Below are positions 9,407 to 19,482 of a stretch of DNA of 64,000 bases, one piece after another. Where the stretch lies: the NCBI GenBank assembly GCA_902598525.1, contig CACKBZ010000005.1, positions 25,502 through 89,501 on the forward strand. The letters are read 5' to 3'. Source of the stretch: an uncultured Bacteroidota bacterium (GTDB taxonomy: Bacteria > Bacteroidota > Bacteroidia > Flavobacteriales > Flavobacteriaceae). Each line of letters opens with the position of its first letter. Position 1 is the stretch's first letter. The notes below the pieces were generated by a model that saw only the letters and a program-made list of their open reading frames with translations, was not told where the DNA came from and did no database searches. The position numbers and the translations under genes are program-made.

Positions 9407-10666
9407 ATGGATACTTACGCAAACATACTATTGATTACGATTCCAATTTTCTTAGTATTAATTACTATTGAAATATTGTATGGTGCATGGAAGAAAGATC
9501 AACAGCATACTTTTATGGATACAATTTCTAGTTTAAGCTCTGGATTTACAAACTTACTTGTTGATATTCTTGGTTTAGGTATAATTATCTTTTCGTATCC
9601 GTTTTTCTATGAAAGACTAAAAGTCATTGAACTCGAAGAAACAATTATGCTTTATGTTATAGCTTTTATTTGTATTGACTTTGCAAGTTATTGTCATCAC
9701 AGGTTAAAACATTCAATCAATATTTTTTGGAATATGCATGTAATTCACCATAGTAGTGAGGAATTCAATTTAGCATGTGCATTAAGGCAAAGTATTACAA
9801 ACAACTTAGGTATCGGAGCTTTATTTTTAATTCCAGCTGCATTCTTGGGTGTTCCACCACAAGTAATCACTATACTAGGGCCACTTCATCTTTTTGGTCA
9901 GTTCTGGTATCATACAAAACATATAGGAAAACTTGGGTGGTTAGAATATATTTTAGTTACACCTTCTCAACACAGAGTTCACCATGCAATAAATAAAGAA
10001 TACATAGACAAAAATCTTGCTGCAATTTTTTGTATTTGGGATAGAGCATTTGGAACTTTTCAAGAGGAACTTGATGATGTTCCATGTATTTATGGTACAT
10101 TAAAACCAGTTCAGACCTGGAACCCAATTTGGATAAATTTTCAACACCTGTGGTCTCTTATTCAAGATGCATGGTATACAAAAAGTTTTAAAGATAAACT
10201 TAGGATCTGGTTTATGCCTACAGGTTGGAGACCCATTGATGTTACCAAAAAGATTCCTAGGGTAAAAATAGAGAATGTTTACAGTCAAGAAAAATATAGA
10301 CCAAAATATAATTTAATACATAAAATATTTGCTGGATTTCATTTTGTAATTCAAAATGTCGTTCTTTTCATTTTTTTATTTACATTTTCTGATATCTCAA
10401 CAGCAGATAAGACAGCTTATCTTTTACTAATCTTTTCAACTATTTATAGCTTTTCTTCAATAATGGATGGATTTAAGTGGTCAATTGCGTTTGAGTTTAT
10501 AAGAGTGCTTATTGGAATTTCAATAATAATTTTTAGCCAAGCGTTAGGTCTAAGCGTGAATCCTCTATTATCTACATTCTTATTATCATACTTTTTAATA
10601 TCTGCAATTTTAAATTTTTTACTTGTTAAATCATTGCCTCAGCGTAAACTTGAAGAAATTTCATAA
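9407..10666 (+). CDS. Fatty acid hydroxylase / sterol desaturase family membrane protein with extra C-terminal TM domain
   Basis: His boxes HHRLKH, HVIHH and HRVHH in a polytopic N-terminal half. The C-terminal ~150 aa are additional TM helices. The track start at 9389 is TTG, so I prefer the ATG at 9407 (MDTYAN...). Confidence 0.8.
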   Translation: MDTYANILLITIPIFLVLITIEILYGAWKKDQQHTFMDTISSLSSGFTNLLVDILGLGIIIFSYPFFYERLKVIELEETIMLYVIAFICIDFASYCHHRLKHSINIFWNMHVIHHSSEEFNLACALRQSITNNLGIGALFLIPAAFLGVPPQVITILGPLHLFGQFWYHTKHIGKLGWLEYILVTPSQHRVHHAINKEYIDKNLAAIFCIWDRAFGTFQEELDDVPCIYGTLKPVQTWNPIWINFQHLWSLIQDAWYTKSFKDKLRIWFMPTGWRPIDVTKKIPRVKIENVYSQEKYRPKYNLIHKIFAGFHFVIQNVVLFIFLFTFSDISTADKTAYLLLIFSTIYSFSSIMDGFKWSIAFEFIRVLIGISIIIFSQALGLSVNPLLSTFLLSYFLISAILNFLLVKSLPQRKLEEIS

Positions 10667-10693
10667 ATATACTTTTTAAACTAAAAAATAATT

Positions 10694-10701
10694 TAAATTT
10701 G
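10694..10701 (+). promoter_or_regulatory. Candidate -7 box (TAAATTTG) for tRNA-Gln
   Basis: Matches TAnnTTTG. It ends 9 nt before the mature tRNA 5' end, nearly the same spacing as at tRNA-Leu. Confidence 0.45.
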
Positions 10702-10709
10702 CACGTAAT

Positions 10710-10782
10710 TGGCCTATGGTGTAACTGGCAACACGTCTGGTTTTGGTCCAGAAGAGTCTAGGTTCGACCCCTAGTAGGCCAA
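10710..10782 (+). tRNA. tRNA-Gln (anticodon UUG)
   Basis: Hand-folded cloverleaf. Acceptor TGGCCTA/TAGGCCA (U1-A72, as in bacterial tRNA-Gln), D stem GTGT/ACAC, anticodon stem TCTGG/CCAGA with loop TTTTGGT, T arm CTAGG-TTCGACC-CCTAG, discriminator A. No CCA is encoded. Confidence 0.9.
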
Positions 10783-10809
10783 CAATTTTATTATATCAAT
10801 AATTTATAA

Positions 10810-10817
10810 TAAATTTG
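10810..10817 (+). promoter_or_regulatory. Candidate -7 box (TAAATTTG) in the nusA leader
   Basis: Matches TAnnTTTG. It lies 67 nt upstream of the nusA ATG and 21 nt upstream of the hairpin. Confidence 0.35.
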
Positions 10818-10837
10818 CCAAGCATTTTGAAAATTTC

Positions 10838-10867
10838 AGAGGCGACATTATGTCCCTCTTTTTTTTT
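10838..10867 (+). terminator. Intrinsic terminator-like hairpin + U-tract (tRNA-Gln terminator and/or nusA leader attenuator)
   Basis: AGAGG(C)GAC - ATTAT - GTCCCTCT gives an 8-bp stem with a one-base bulge, followed by a run of 9 T. It ends 17 nt before the nusA ATG. Confidence 0.6.
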
Positions 10868-10883
10868 AAATAAAGTTAAGAAC

Positions 10884-12116
10884 ATGGAAAATATATCATT
10901 ATTAGAATCTTTCTCTGAATTTAAAGATGAAAAGTTAATAGATAGGGTAACTTTAATGGTTATTCTAGAAGAAGTTTTTAGAAATTCATTAACTAGAAGA
11001 TTTGGAACAGATGAAAATTTCGACATTATCATTAATCCCGATAAAGGAGATCTAGAAATATGGAGAAATAGAATAGTAGTAAAAGATGGTGAAGTTGAAG
11101 ATCCGAATGCCGAGATTGAATTAACTCAAGCTAGAAAAATCGAGCCTGATTTTGAGGTCGGTGAAGAGGTGTCAGAGGAGTTTAAATTAATTGATCTTGG
11201 AAGAAGGTCAATTCAAGCACTAAGACAAAACTTAGTGGCAAAAGTTTTTGAGCATGATAGTAACAATATTTACAACCAATTTAAAGATAGAGTTGGTGAA
11301 ATTTTTACTGCAGAAGTTCATCATGTAAGAGCCAGAGAAGTTATCCTATTGGACGATGATGGAAATGAGTTAATAATGCCAAAAGATAAGCAAATACCAA
11401 AAGATTTTTTTAGAAAAGGAGATAGCGTTAGAGGCGTAATTGAAAATGTCGAGTTAAGAGGGAATAAACCAAGAATTATATTTTCAAGAACTTCACCTTT
11501 GTTTTTAGAGAAATTATTTGAACAAGAAATTCCTGAAGTTTTTGATGGTTTAATAACAATTAAAAAAGCGGTTAGGATTCCTGGTGAAAAAGCAAAAGTT
11601 GCTGTTGATTCTTATGATGACAGAATTGATCCTGTAGGAGCTTGCGTTGGTATGAAAGGTTCAAGGATACATGGAATAGTCAGAGAGCTTGGTAACGAGA
11701 ACATTGATGTAATTAATTATACAAATAATGTTCAGTTATTTATTACTAGAGCTTTAAGTCCTGCAAAAATAAATTCACTGAATATTGACGAAGAGAAAAA
11801 AACGGTTCAGGTTTATCTTAATCCAGATGAAGTTTCAAGAGCAATTGGAAAAGGTGGTCACAACATCAGATTAGCAGGAAGGCTTACTGGATACGAAATT
11901 GATGTTTACAGAGAGGGTGCAGAAGAAGATGTTGAACTTACAGAGTTTAAGGATGAAATCGATGAATGGGTGATTGAGGAGTTTAGAAAAGTTGGACTTG
12001 ATACTGCAAAAAGTGTACTTGAATTAGATGCAGAGGATCTTATAAAAAGGACAGATCTTGAGGAAGAAACAGTAGAGTATGTTCTTAAGATTTTAAAAGA
12101 AGAATTCGAAGATTAA
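10884..12116 (+). CDS. nusA: Transcription termination/antitermination factor NusA
   Basis: [32 protein letters not shown]... has a typical NusA N-terminus, then S1 and two KH regions ([26 protein letters not shown]; [22 protein letters not shown]). The track start at 10815 is a TTG that spans the hairpin, so I use the ATG at 10884. Confidence 0.95.
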   Translation: MENISLLESFSEFKDEKLIDRVTLMVILEEVFRNSLTRRFGTDENFDIIINPDKGDLEIWRNRIVVKDGEVEDPNAEIELTQARKIEPDFEVGEEVSEEFKLIDLGRRSIQALRQNLVAKVFEHDSNNIYNQFKDRVGEIFTAEVHHVRAREVILLDDDGNELIMPKDKQIPKDFFRKGDSVRGVIENVELRGNKPRIIFSRTSPLFLEKLFEQEIPEVFDGLITIKKAVRIPGEKAKVAVDSYDDRIDPVGACVGMKGSRIHGIVRELGNENIDVINYTNNVQLFITRALSPAKINSLNIDEEKKTVQVYLNPDEVSRAIGKGGHNIRLAGRLTGYEIDVYREGAEEDVELTEFKDEIDEWVIEEFRKVGLDTAKSVLELDAEDLIKRTDLEEETVEYVLKILKEEFED

Positions 12117-12121
12117 ATATT

Positions 12122-14620
12122 ATGTCAGTACCTATAAGGTTAAATAAAGTTTTAAAAGAATTAAACATCTCCTTAGATAGAGCTGTTGAATTCCTTAGTT
12201 CAAAAAAAATCAATATTGAACCAAGGCCAACCTCTAAGATTGATGAAAGTACTTATAGGCTTCTTTTAGATGAATTTCAAACAGATAAGTCCGATAAAGA
12301 TGAGCTTGAAAAAATAAATATTCAAAAGAGAAAAGAACTTGAAGAAAAGCAAATTCTTGAAGAAAAAAATGAGATAGCTAAAGCTGAGTCAAATGAAATT
12401 AAACCCCAAATTCTAAATGAGGCTGAAAATAAAAATACAGATACAGAAATAAATCTGGAAGAAAACGCTGATAAAGAAAAAAAAGAAATCTCAAAAGATT
12501 CTTCAAAAATTGAAACAAACTTTCAGAAGTTAAGCGGTATAAAAAAGACAGGTGAGGTCATCGATTTGGATTCAATTAAGAAAAAAGAAGATCAAGTTGA
12601 AGAGTCAAAAAAAAGAAGAAGAAAAAGAATAAGTAAAGATGTATCGAAACCTAAAGCAACAGAAGCTAAGCTGAATAAAAATAATTCAAAAAACACAAAT
12701 CAAAAGGTTGAACCAACAGACGATGAAATTCAAAAACAGATAAGGGAAACTTTAGAAAAACTTCAAGGTAAATCTTCAAAATCAAAAGGAGCAAAATATA
12801 GAAAAGACAAAAGAGATCAACACAAACTTAAAAGTGAGGAAGAGCTTGCACAACAAGAGGAGGAAAGCAAAAAAATAAAAATTACTGAGTTTATTACCGT
12901 TGGAGAAATTGCTACTTTAATGGAGGTTAGCTCAAATGATATTATATCTGCGTGTATGAGTCTTGGAATAATGGTAACTATGAATCAACGACTAGATGCT
13001 GAAACTCTATCTGTGGTTGCTGATGAATTTGGCTTTGAGTTAGACTTTGTAAAAACTGATATTGAAGAGGAAAAAGAAGAAAAAGAAGAGGAGGATGATA
13101 CTGAAGATCTAAAAGAGAGAGCACCAATTGTTACTGTAATGGGTCATGTTGATCATGGTAAAACATCTCTACTTGATTATATCAGAAAATCTTCTGTGAC
13201 TGAGGGTGAATCTGGAGGAATAACACAACATATTGGAGCATATTCTGTTTCTGTTAATTCAAAAAAAATTACTTTTCTTGATACACCTGGTCATGAAGCT
13301 TTTACAGCAATGAGAGCTAGAGGTGCTCAAATAACTGATATAGTAATTGTAGTTATTGCAGCTGATGACAATATTATGCCACAAACAAAAGAGGCAATTA
13401 GTCATGCTCAAGCCGGTGGTGTCCCTATTATTTTTGCAATTAATAAAATTGATAAAGATGGCGCTAACCCTGATAAAGTTAAAGAGTCTCTTGCAAGTAT
13501 GAATCTAGTTGTTGAGGATTGGGGTGGTAAGATTCAATCACAAGATATTTCAGCAATTAGTGGAACAGGAGTTGATGAGCTTTTAGAAAAAGTTTTACTT
13601 GAAGCTGAGATGCTGGACCTCAAGGCTAATCCAAATAAATTGTCTTCTGGAGCTGTTCTTGAAGCTTATCTTGATAAGGGAAGAGGATATGTCTCAACTG
13701 TTCTTGTTCAAAATGGATCACTAAAAATAGGAGATTATATCCTTGCTGGAAAAATAAGTGGAAAAGTAAAAGCAATGTTTGATGAAATAGGTAACTCTTT
13801 AGATATTGCTAATCCTTCAACTCCTGTTTCTGTATTAGGTCTTGATGGAGCGCCACAAGCTGGAGATCAATTTAAAGTTCTGGAAGATGAGAAAGAAGCA
13901 AAACAGATTGCTGCCAAAAGAACTCAACTTGTTAGAGAGCAAAGTGTAAGAACTCAAAAACATCTTACTCTTGACGAAATTGGTAGAAGAATTGCAATTG
14001 GAGATTTCCAAGAATTAAATATTATAATAAAAGGGGATGTTGATGGTTCAGTTGAAGCATTGACTGATTCTTTTCAAAATCTTTCTACAGAAGAGATTCA
14101 CGTTAACATTATATTTAAAGCCGTTGGTGCAATTACTGAGTCGGACGTTCTTCTTGCCTCAGCATCTGATGCAATAATTATTGGATTTAATGTTAAACCA
14201 ACTCAAAGTGCAAGAAAATTATCTGAAAAGGAACAAATTGATATTAGATCCTATTCTATAATCTACGATGCAATAAATGACTTGAAGGATGCAATGGAAG
14301 GTATGCTTTCACCTGAAATGAAAGAGGAACATATGGGAGAAGCTGAAGTTAGAGATACCTTTAAAATTTCAAGGATTGGAACAATTGCAGGTTGTATGGT
14401 AACTTCTGGAAAAATCATTAGAAACTCCAGTGTAAGAGTCATTAGAGCAGATGAGCAAATTTTTGATGGGAAATTACTTTCTTTAAAAAGATTTAAAGAT
14501 GATGTTAAAGAAGTTGCAAAAGGCTATGATTGTGGAATTCAAATTAACGATTTTAATGACCTTGAGGTAGGAGATTTAATTAGATCATATCAAGAAATTG
14601 CCATTAAGAAAAAGCTATAA
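12122..14620 (+). CDS. infB: Translation initiation factor IF-2
   Basis: K/E-rich N-terminal region, then GTPase motifs [17 protein letters not shown] and NKID, and an IF-2 C-terminal domain. It lies directly after nusA. Confidence 0.97.
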   Translation: MSVPIRLNKVLKELNISLDRAVEFLSSKKINIEPRPTSKIDESTYRLLLDEFQTDKSDKDELEKINIQKRKELEEKQILEEKNEIAKAESNEIKPQILNEAENKNTDTEINLEENADKEKKEISKDSSKIETNFQKLSGIKKTGEVIDLDSIKKKEDQVEESKKRRRKRISKDVSKPKATEAKLNKNNSKNTNQKVEPTDDEIQKQIRETLEKLQGKSSKSKGAKYRKDKRDQHKLKSEEELAQQEEESKKIKITEFITVGEIATLMEVSSNDIISACMSLGIMVTMNQRLDAETLSVVADEFGFELDFVKTDIEEEKEEKEEEDDTEDLKERAPIVTVMGHVDHGKTSLLDYIRKSSVTEGESGGITQHIGAYSVSVNSKKITFLDTPGHEAFTAMRARGAQITDIVIVVIAADDNIMPQTKEAISHAQAGGVPIIFAINKIDKDGANPDKVKESLASMNLVVEDWGGKIQSQDISAISGTGVDELLEKVLLEAEMLDLKANPNKLSSGAVLEAYLDKGRGYVSTVLVQNGSLKIGDYILAGKISGKVKAMFDEIGNSLDIANPSTPVSVLGLDGAPQAGDQFKVLEDEKEAKQIAAKRTQLVREQSVRTQKHLTLDEIGRRIAIGDFQELNIIIKGDVDGSVEALTDSFQNLSTEEIHVNIIFKAVGAITESDVLLASASDAIIIGFNVKPTQSARKLSEKEQIDIRSYSIIYDAINDLKDAMEGMLSPEMKEEHMGEAEVRDTFKISRIGTIAGCMVTSGKIIRNSSVRVIRADEQIFDGKLLSLKRFKDDVKEVAKGYDCGIQINDFNDLEVGDLIRSYQEIAIKKKL

Positions 14621-14995
14621 ATTAGACAATTTGATTATAAAAGATCCTGGATAAATTTTTCTTATTTTCTCCAGTTCCTGAGAAGCAATATTTATGTCTT
14701 TATATCTCCCAACTCTAACTTTATAATTTGGAGTTTCAAAAATTAATACTGCCGAAGTTTCTGAATACCTATTTTTAAAATCGCTATATGTTGAACGAGC
14801 TCTATATAAACTTCCATAAAAAATTTGGATTGTGTAGGTTGTTGACTCAAAAGATTTCTTTTTGTAAGCTTTATTTATATGGAACAATCTTTTTGTTAGT
14901 GTATCATCATATATAACATCTTCATCCTGGGCTAGAACCCCCCAAAATGCTGATAAAAAAAAGCATATTGCTAAAAGAAAATTTACTTTTTTCAT
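14615..14995 (-). CDS. SPOR domain protein (peptidoglycan-binding)
   Basis: Signal peptide, then [24 protein letters not shown]...[31 protein letters not shown], a typical SPOR fold sequence. Confidence 0.75.
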   Translation of the reverse strand: MKKVNFLLAICFFLSAFWGVLAQDEDVIYDDTLTKRLFHINKAYKKKSFESTTYTIQIFYGSLYRARSTYSDFKNRYSETSAVLIFETPNYKVRVGRYKDINIASQELEKIRKIYPGSFIIKLSNL

Positions 14996-15007
14996 TTTTT
15001 ATTTTAT

Positions 15008-15015
15008 CAAATTTA
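15008..15015 (-). promoter_or_regulatory. Candidate -7 box (TAAATTTG) for the SPOR gene
   Basis: The minus strand reads TAAATTTG. It ends 12 nt upstream of the ATG at 14995. Confidence 0.35.
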
Positions 15016-15173
15016 ATAAATTGAGTAAACTTCTTATTTAGAATCATTATAAATTAAATAATTGTTCATTTTAGAGTTTTTAAAATGAGCTTTATGATGT
15101 AAATTTACATTCTTAAAAAAAGTGGTTTTAAAACACTTTAAATTATGATCAAAAACATAATCGCCCCCTGCAA

Positions 15174-16421
15174 ATGTTACTAATAAAAAGGATACTTTTA
15201 GTAGCACTTCTTGCACCCTCTCTAAGCATTTCTCAAGAGGTAGATATACAGGCTGGTAAGAGCTTATTCAATACCAATTGTGCAGCTTGTCATCAATTAA
15301 ACAGAAAAGCAGTTGGACCTGCTTTAAGAGGAGTTACTGATAAATACGATAAAGAATGGCTCTACAAATGGATTAAGAATGGAACTCAAATGATTAAAGA
15401 TGGTGATCCACAAGCGGTTGCCATTTGGGAAGAGTATAACCGAGCTGTAATGACAAATTATCCTCAATTTTCCAATCAAGACATCGACAATATTCTTGCA
15501 TATACTGACTATGTTCCCCCACCTCCAGCAACAACCGCTGCAGTCCAATCAGAAGTAGTTAGTCAAGGCTCTGACTTATCAATTAATATTATTTTAGCAG
15601 TAACTGTTATAGTCTTCACTATTCTTATTGTAATGCTGTTTTTGGTTCAAAGAACACTAATTAAAATTGCAAATGCAAGTGGTGTTAAAATTGAATCACA
15701 GCCAAAAAGAAATATTACTCCGCTTTGGAAAACAATAATTAAAAATCAGTTTTTGATTTTTATCATGGTTGTTGGTTTTTTGCTCTCAAGTGCATATTTT
15801 ACATATGGATACTTGATGCAAATTGGAATTGATCAAGGATATGCTCCTATTCAACCAATTCACTATTCACACAAAATACATGCTGGTGCAAATCAAATTG
15901 AATGTAAATACTGTCACTCTTCTGCAAGAGTATCAAAACATTCCGGAATACCTTCATTAAATGTGTGTATGAACTGTCATGAATATATAGCCGAGTATAA
16001 TGGAGAGGAAGATCTTGAGAATGGTTATACCAAAGACTTTTATACTAATGAAATCAAAAAACTTTATTCCGCTGTTGGGTGGGATGAAGAGAATCAAGTT
16101 TATACAGGGAATACAAAACCAGTTAAATGGGTTAGAATTCACAATCTTCCTGATTTTGTTTATTTCAATCATGCTCAACATGCACAGGTCGCAAAGATAG
16201 AATGTCAAACATGTCATGGGCCTGTTGAGGAGATGGAAATTATGTATCAGTACTCCCCATTAACTATGGGATGGTGTATTGATTGTCATAGAGAGAGTAA
16301 TGTTGATAAGGATAACGAATACTATCAAAAAGTTCATGAAGAGCTTTCAAAAAAATATGGTGTAGAAAAATTAACTGTTGCGCAACTTGGTGGAATAGAG
16401 TGTGCAAAATGTCACTATTAA
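15174..16421 (+). CDS. actA: Alternative complex III subunit ActA, multihaem cytochrome c (six CXXCH)
   Basis: Signal peptide. A monohaem cytochrome c domain (CAACH), a PPPPATTAAV linker and a TM helix follow. A five-haem region comes next (CKYCH, CMNCH, CQTCH, CIDCH, CAKCH). Confidence 0.9.
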   Translation: MLLIKRILLVALLAPSLSISQEVDIQAGKSLFNTNCAACHQLNRKAVGPALRGVTDKYDKEWLYKWIKNGTQMIKDGDPQAVAIWEEYNRAVMTNYPQFSNQDIDNILAYTDYVPPPPATTAAVQSEVVSQGSDLSINIILAVTVIVFTILIVMLFLVQRTLIKIANASGVKIESQPKRNITPLWKTIIKNQFLIFIMVVGFLLSSAYFTYGYLMQIGIDQGYAPIQPIHYSHKIHAGANQIECKYCHSSARVSKHSGIPSLNVCMNCHEYIAEYNGEEDLENGYTKDFYTNEIKKLYSAVGWDEENQVYTGNTKPVKWVRIHNLPDFVYFNHAQHAQVAKIECQTCHGPVEEMEIMYQYSPLTMGWCIDCHRESNVDKDNEYYQKVHEELSKKYGVEKLTVAQLGGIECAKCHY

Positions 16422-16422
16422 A

Positions 16423-19400
16423 ATGAAAAGTAAAAAATTATATTGGAAGGGAATAGAGCAACTAAATAGTGAAAGTACTATAGTTGAGGGGCTTGAGAAT
16501 AATGAATTTGTTGAAAAGCTTCCAGTTAATTCAAAAGAAGAAAATGATGGTGCTTCAAGAAGAGATTTTTTGAAGTATGTTGGGTTTAGTTCAGCAGCAG
16601 CTGCATTAGCAGGTTGTGAAGGACCTGTGATTAAATCTGTGCCTTATGTTGTTCAGCCTGAGCAAATAATTCCAGGTGTTGCTAATTACTATGCAACAAC
16701 AATAGCTGATGGTAATGACTTTAGCAGTATTCTAGTTAAAACTAGAGAAGGAAGACCAATCAAAATTGAGAGCAACAAAGATGCTTTAAAATTTGGGGAT
16801 GCTAATGCAAGAGTTCATGCCTCTGTATTATCTCTTTATGATGCCAATAGAATACAAGGTCCAAAAATTTCAGGTGAATACACTGATTGGGATACAATGA
16901 TTAATCTCGTAAAAATTAGTTTACAGAATTTTAAAGATCAAAACAAAAAAGTTGTATTACTAACTCAGACATACCCAAGCCCTACTACAAATAATATTAT
17001 AAAAGAACTTTTAGACGAGTACCCTAATTTAAGTCATGTGATTTATGATACTATTTCAGACTCATCTGTTTTGGATGCCTTCGAAAACATCTATGGTTTA
17101 AGAGCAATGGCTGATTATGACTTTTCAAAAGCTGAAAATATTATCTCTGTTGATGCTGACTTTCTATCTGATTGGCAGGGTGGAGGATATTCTTCAGGCT
17201 ATACTAAGACAAGAGTTCCAGATAAGTCTAGCAATAAAAAAATGTCATATCACCTTCAATTTGAATCAAACATGACATTAACTGGTTCAAATGCTGATGA
17301 TAGAGTTCCTGCCAAACCTAGTGAGCTAAAAAAAATTGTTTCAAGAATTTATTCTAGATTAACAGGTAATGGCGATGTAAAAGGATCACTTACACCAGAA
17401 ATTGATAAATACATTGACTTGTCAATTGAAAGAATTTTGAGCTCACCGAATAAATCGGTTGTTGTATCGGGAGTTGACGATGTTGAAATTCAAGAACTAA
17501 TACTCCAAATAAATAGATCGATTAATTCTGAGGTTATAGACATTAATAATCCTAGGTTGATTAGACAAGGAAAAAATTCTGAATTGAATGAATTTATATC
17601 TGAATTAAATTCTGGTGAAATCTCTGGAGTTATTACATCAGGTGTAAATCCACTTTATTCACTTCCAAATGCAGAATCAGTAAAACAATCATTTGAAAAT
17701 CTTGAGTTTTCGCTTGTCTTTTCTGAAAAAGAAGATGAGACAGCAAAGTCTGCTATGTATGTTGCAGCTTCTAATAATTATCTAGAGTCATGGGGAGATT
17801 ATGAGTTTAAAAAAGGGAATTTTTTCCTTGCTCAGCCTACAATTAGACCTCTTTTTGATACAATTCAATTTCAGGACTTTTTCTTAAAACTTTTAGGATC
17901 AAATGTAAGTTTTTATGAAAGGATTAAATCAAATTGGCAGAATACTATACTTAAAGGTAAAACATGGGGTAAATCATTACAGGATGGTTATTACAACGAT
18001 TTTACAAGTTTTAATTTAAGACCTAGAAAGTTAACTTCAAGCATTTCTTCAATAAGTGAAGATAGATCCGAAGAGTTTTCTCTTGTTCTTTATTCCAAAA
18101 CTGGAATTGGAGATGGTTCTCAGTCCTCTAATCCATGGCTTCAGGAATTTCCTGATCCAATAACTAGAGTTACCTGGGATAATTATTTGACTATGTCAGC
18201 TTCTGACGCTAATAAACTTGGCTTGAGGAATTATAATGTTTCAAACGGTGCTTTAAATGGTAGTTATGCTAATATCTCTGACGGTGAGAGTCAACTGAAA
18301 GTTCCTGTTTTAATTCAACCTGGTCAAGCAAAAGGAACAGTTGGTCTAGCTTACGGATATGGAAAGACTGAGGGTATGAGAGATGTTATGAAAGTAGGTG
18401 TTAATGCATATACCTTTTATAATAATTTCTCTAAAACTCAAACAATTAGTATCTCTAAGGTAAAAGGTGATCATGAATTTGCATGTATTCAATTACATAA
18501 TACTATGATGGGTAGAGATGAGATTATCAAAGAAACCGACATAGATACATATAATTCAAAAGAAAAGTCATATTGGAATCCAACTGTTATGGTATCCAAA
18601 AATCATATTGAAACAAAAGTTACATCTAAAGAAGTTGATATTTGGAGGGAATTTGATAGATCGACAGGGCACCACTTCAATTTATCTATTGATTTAAATG
18701 CGTGTAATGGATGTGGGGCATGTGTTATTGCTTGTCATGCAGAAAATAATGTTCCAGTTGTTGGTAAAGAAGAAGTTAGAAAATCAAGAGACATGCATTG
18801 GCTTCGAATTGATAGATACTTTTCATCTGAAGATACTTTCGAAGGAGATGTAAAAGCGAAAGAAGGGACCTCAGGATACAGAGAATACAGAGCTACTCAG
18901 ACAAAATTAGAGACTGCTGCTGAGAATCCTAAAGTCGTTTTCCAACCAGTAATGTGTCAACATTGTAATCATGCTCCATGTGAAACAGTATGTCCTGTTG
19001 CTGCGACATCTCATGGTCGTCAAGGACAAAATCAGATGGCTTATAATAGATGTGTTGGAACTCGATATTGTGCAAATAACTGTCCATATAAAGTTAGAAG
19101 ATTCAATTGGTTTGCTTACGCTGAAAATGATGAATTTGATTATAATATGAACAACGATCTTGGAAGAATGGTTCTTAATCCTGATGTAAATGTTAGAGGT
19201 AGAGGTGTCATGGAAAAATGCTCCTTATGTATACAAATGACTCAGAAAACAATTCTTGATGCAAAAAAAGACGGTAGAAGAGTGTTAGATGGAGAGTTTC
19301 AAACAGCATGTTCAAATGCATGTAGTGACGGTGCTATTGTATTTGGAGATGTTAACGATAAGAAAAGTAGTATATCAGAATTAAATAATAATGATAGAGC

Positions 19401-19479
19401 CTACAGGCTTCTCGAAAGTATAGGAACAAAGCCTAATATTTTATATCAAGTTAAGGTAACAAATAGTAAAAAAGTATAG
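16423..19479 (+). CDS. actB: Alternative complex III subunit ActB (molybdopterin-oxidoreductase-like + 4Fe-4S domain)
   Basis: Tat motif SRRDFLKYVGFSSAAAALAGC, a large MopB-like domain, and a C-terminal ferredoxin-type cluster region (CNGCGACVIACHAENN, CQHCNHAPCETVCP, CVGTRYCANNCPYKVRRFN). The ATG at 16423 is preferred over the GTG at 16402. Confidence 0.92.
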   Translation: MKSKKLYWKGIEQLNSESTIVEGLENNEFVEKLPVNSKEENDGASRRDFLKYVGFSSAAAALAGCEGPVIKSVPYVVQPEQIIPGVANYYATTIADGNDFSSILVKTREGRPIKIESNKDALKFGDANARVHASVLSLYDANRIQGPKISGEYTDWDTMINLVKISLQNFKDQNKKVVLLTQTYPSPTTNNIIKELLDEYPNLSHVIYDTISDSSVLDAFENIYGLRAMADYDFSKAENIISVDADFLSDWQGGGYSSGYTKTRVPDKSSNKKMSYHLQFESNMTLTGSNADDRVPAKPSELKKIVSRIYSRLTGNGDVKGSLTPEIDKYIDLSIERILSSPNKSVVVSGVDDVEIQELILQINRSINSEVIDINNPRLIRQGKNSELNEFISELNSGEISGVITSGVNPLYSLPNAESVKQSFENLEFSLVFSEKEDETAKSAMYVAASNNYLESWGDYEFKKGNFFLAQPTIRPLFDTIQFQDFFLKLLGSNVSFYERIKSNWQNTILKGKTWGKSLQDGYYNDFTSFNLRPRKLTSSISSISEDRSEEFSLVLYSKTGIGDGSQSSNPWLQEFPDPITRVTWDNYLTMSASDANKLGLRNYNVSNGALNGSYANISDGESQLKVPVLIQPGQAKGTVGLAYGYGKTEGMRDVMKVGVNAYTFYNNFSKTQTISISKVKGDHEFACIQLHNTMMGRDEIIKETDIDTYNSKEKSYWNPTVMVSKNHIETKVTSKEVDIWREFDRSTGHHFNLSIDLNACNGCGACVIACHAENNVPVVGKEEVRKSRDMHWLRIDRYFSSEDTFEGDVKAKEGTSGYREYRATQTKLETAAENPKVVFQPVMCQHCNHAPCETVCPVAATSHGRQGQNQMAYNRCVGTRYCANNCPYKVRRFNWFAYAENDEFDYNMNNDLGRMVLNPDVNVRGRGVMEKCSLCIQMTQKTILDAKKDGRRVLDGEFQTACSNACSDGAIVFGDVNDKKSSISELNNNDRAYRLLESIGTKPNILYQVKVTNSKKV

Positions 19480-19482
19480 TAT

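Noticed and set aside
10710-10782. tRNA genes (10710-10782 and 57913-57994) as possible integration sites for genomic islands or prophages.
   Set aside because: Both are flanked by housekeeping genes (nusA; prs and a CPF gene). I saw no integrase, no direct repeat of a tRNA 3' end and no compositional break.
10815-10883. N-terminal extensions in the ORF track: nusA from 10815, actB from 16402, the TolC-like gene from 41957, the CPF gene from 57968, the BNR protein from 9372 and nadK from 48708.
   Set aside because: These use non-ATG starts or run through a hairpin/terminator, a tRNA gene or the preceding gene. Downstream ATGs give N-termini typical of the respective families or proper signal peptides.
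14615-14620. Convergent gene overlaps and shared stop regions: infB/SPOR 6 nt, GNAT/arsC 16 nt at 50715-50730, receptor/acyl-CoA dehydrogenase 4 nt at 63459-63462.
   Set aside because: Consistent with general genome compaction, since many same-strand ATGA/TAATG junctions occur too. There is no evidence of a specific regulatory function.
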